Source: a virus
Lineage: Duplodnaviria > Caudoviricetes
Reading direction: 5' to 3' (one strand)
DNA: 62,258 nt
IMG/VR virus record: IMGVR_UViG_3300035701_000028
Coordinates: 1-62,258 of that record
Position 1 is the stretch's first letter. The number at the start of each line of letters is the position of its first letter. The notes beneath the pieces were generated by a model. The model was not told the origin of the DNA, did not search any database, and saw nothing but the letters and a program-made list of their open reading frames with translations. Made by a program: the position numbers and the translations under genes. Shown here in pieces: positions 62,241 through 62,258 of this stretch.

Positions 62241-62258
62241 AGGCCCCCCCCCCCCCCC

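Noticed and set aside
62241-62258. Terminal AGG plus poly-C run
   Set aside because: Diverges from the left repeat copy; typical of two-colour sequencing or assembly tip artefacts
1-62258. Stop-codon reassignment
   Set aside because: Core genes are intact under code 11 with all three stops in use; the tRNA anticodon is GTA, not a suppressor

Overview
The window looks like a near-complete, circularly closed ~62.1 kb dsDNA tailed-phage genome: bases 1-110 recur at 62131-62240, followed by an 18-nt tail ending in poly-C that is probably an artefact. The + strand carries early genes (0.3-5.5 kb; DUF932-like, truncated LexA-like HTH) and a replication/recombination module (6.8-19.7 kb; SNF2 helicase, DnaG-like primase, DnaB-like helicase, adenine MTase, PolA, UDG-like, RecA-like, Cas4-like, RuvC-like). 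The - strand carries lysis, podovirus-like tail, N4-gp56-type major capsid, a 3849-aa polyvalent/ejection-like protein, portal, terminase, tRNA-Tyr and many small genes. I recognise no integrase, reverse transcriptase or CRISPR array. The host is unknown (sigma70-type promoters, strong GGAGG RBSs; Chloroflexota is only a guess). Most notable: (1) a promoter-to-terminator operon ending in a DIP1984/DUF6847-like coiled-coil gene followed by a ~270-nt ORF-free, long-range-paired RNA, a candidate protein-ncRNA system; (2) a 15-bp palindrome AAGYAACNGTTRCTT dispersed 8 times around the genome; (3) a switch-like structured leader at 60.75-60.98 kb; (4) a candidate anti-Shine-Dalgarno small RNA at 5.77-5.83 kb. 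All family calls are from motif recognition by eye, not database searches.
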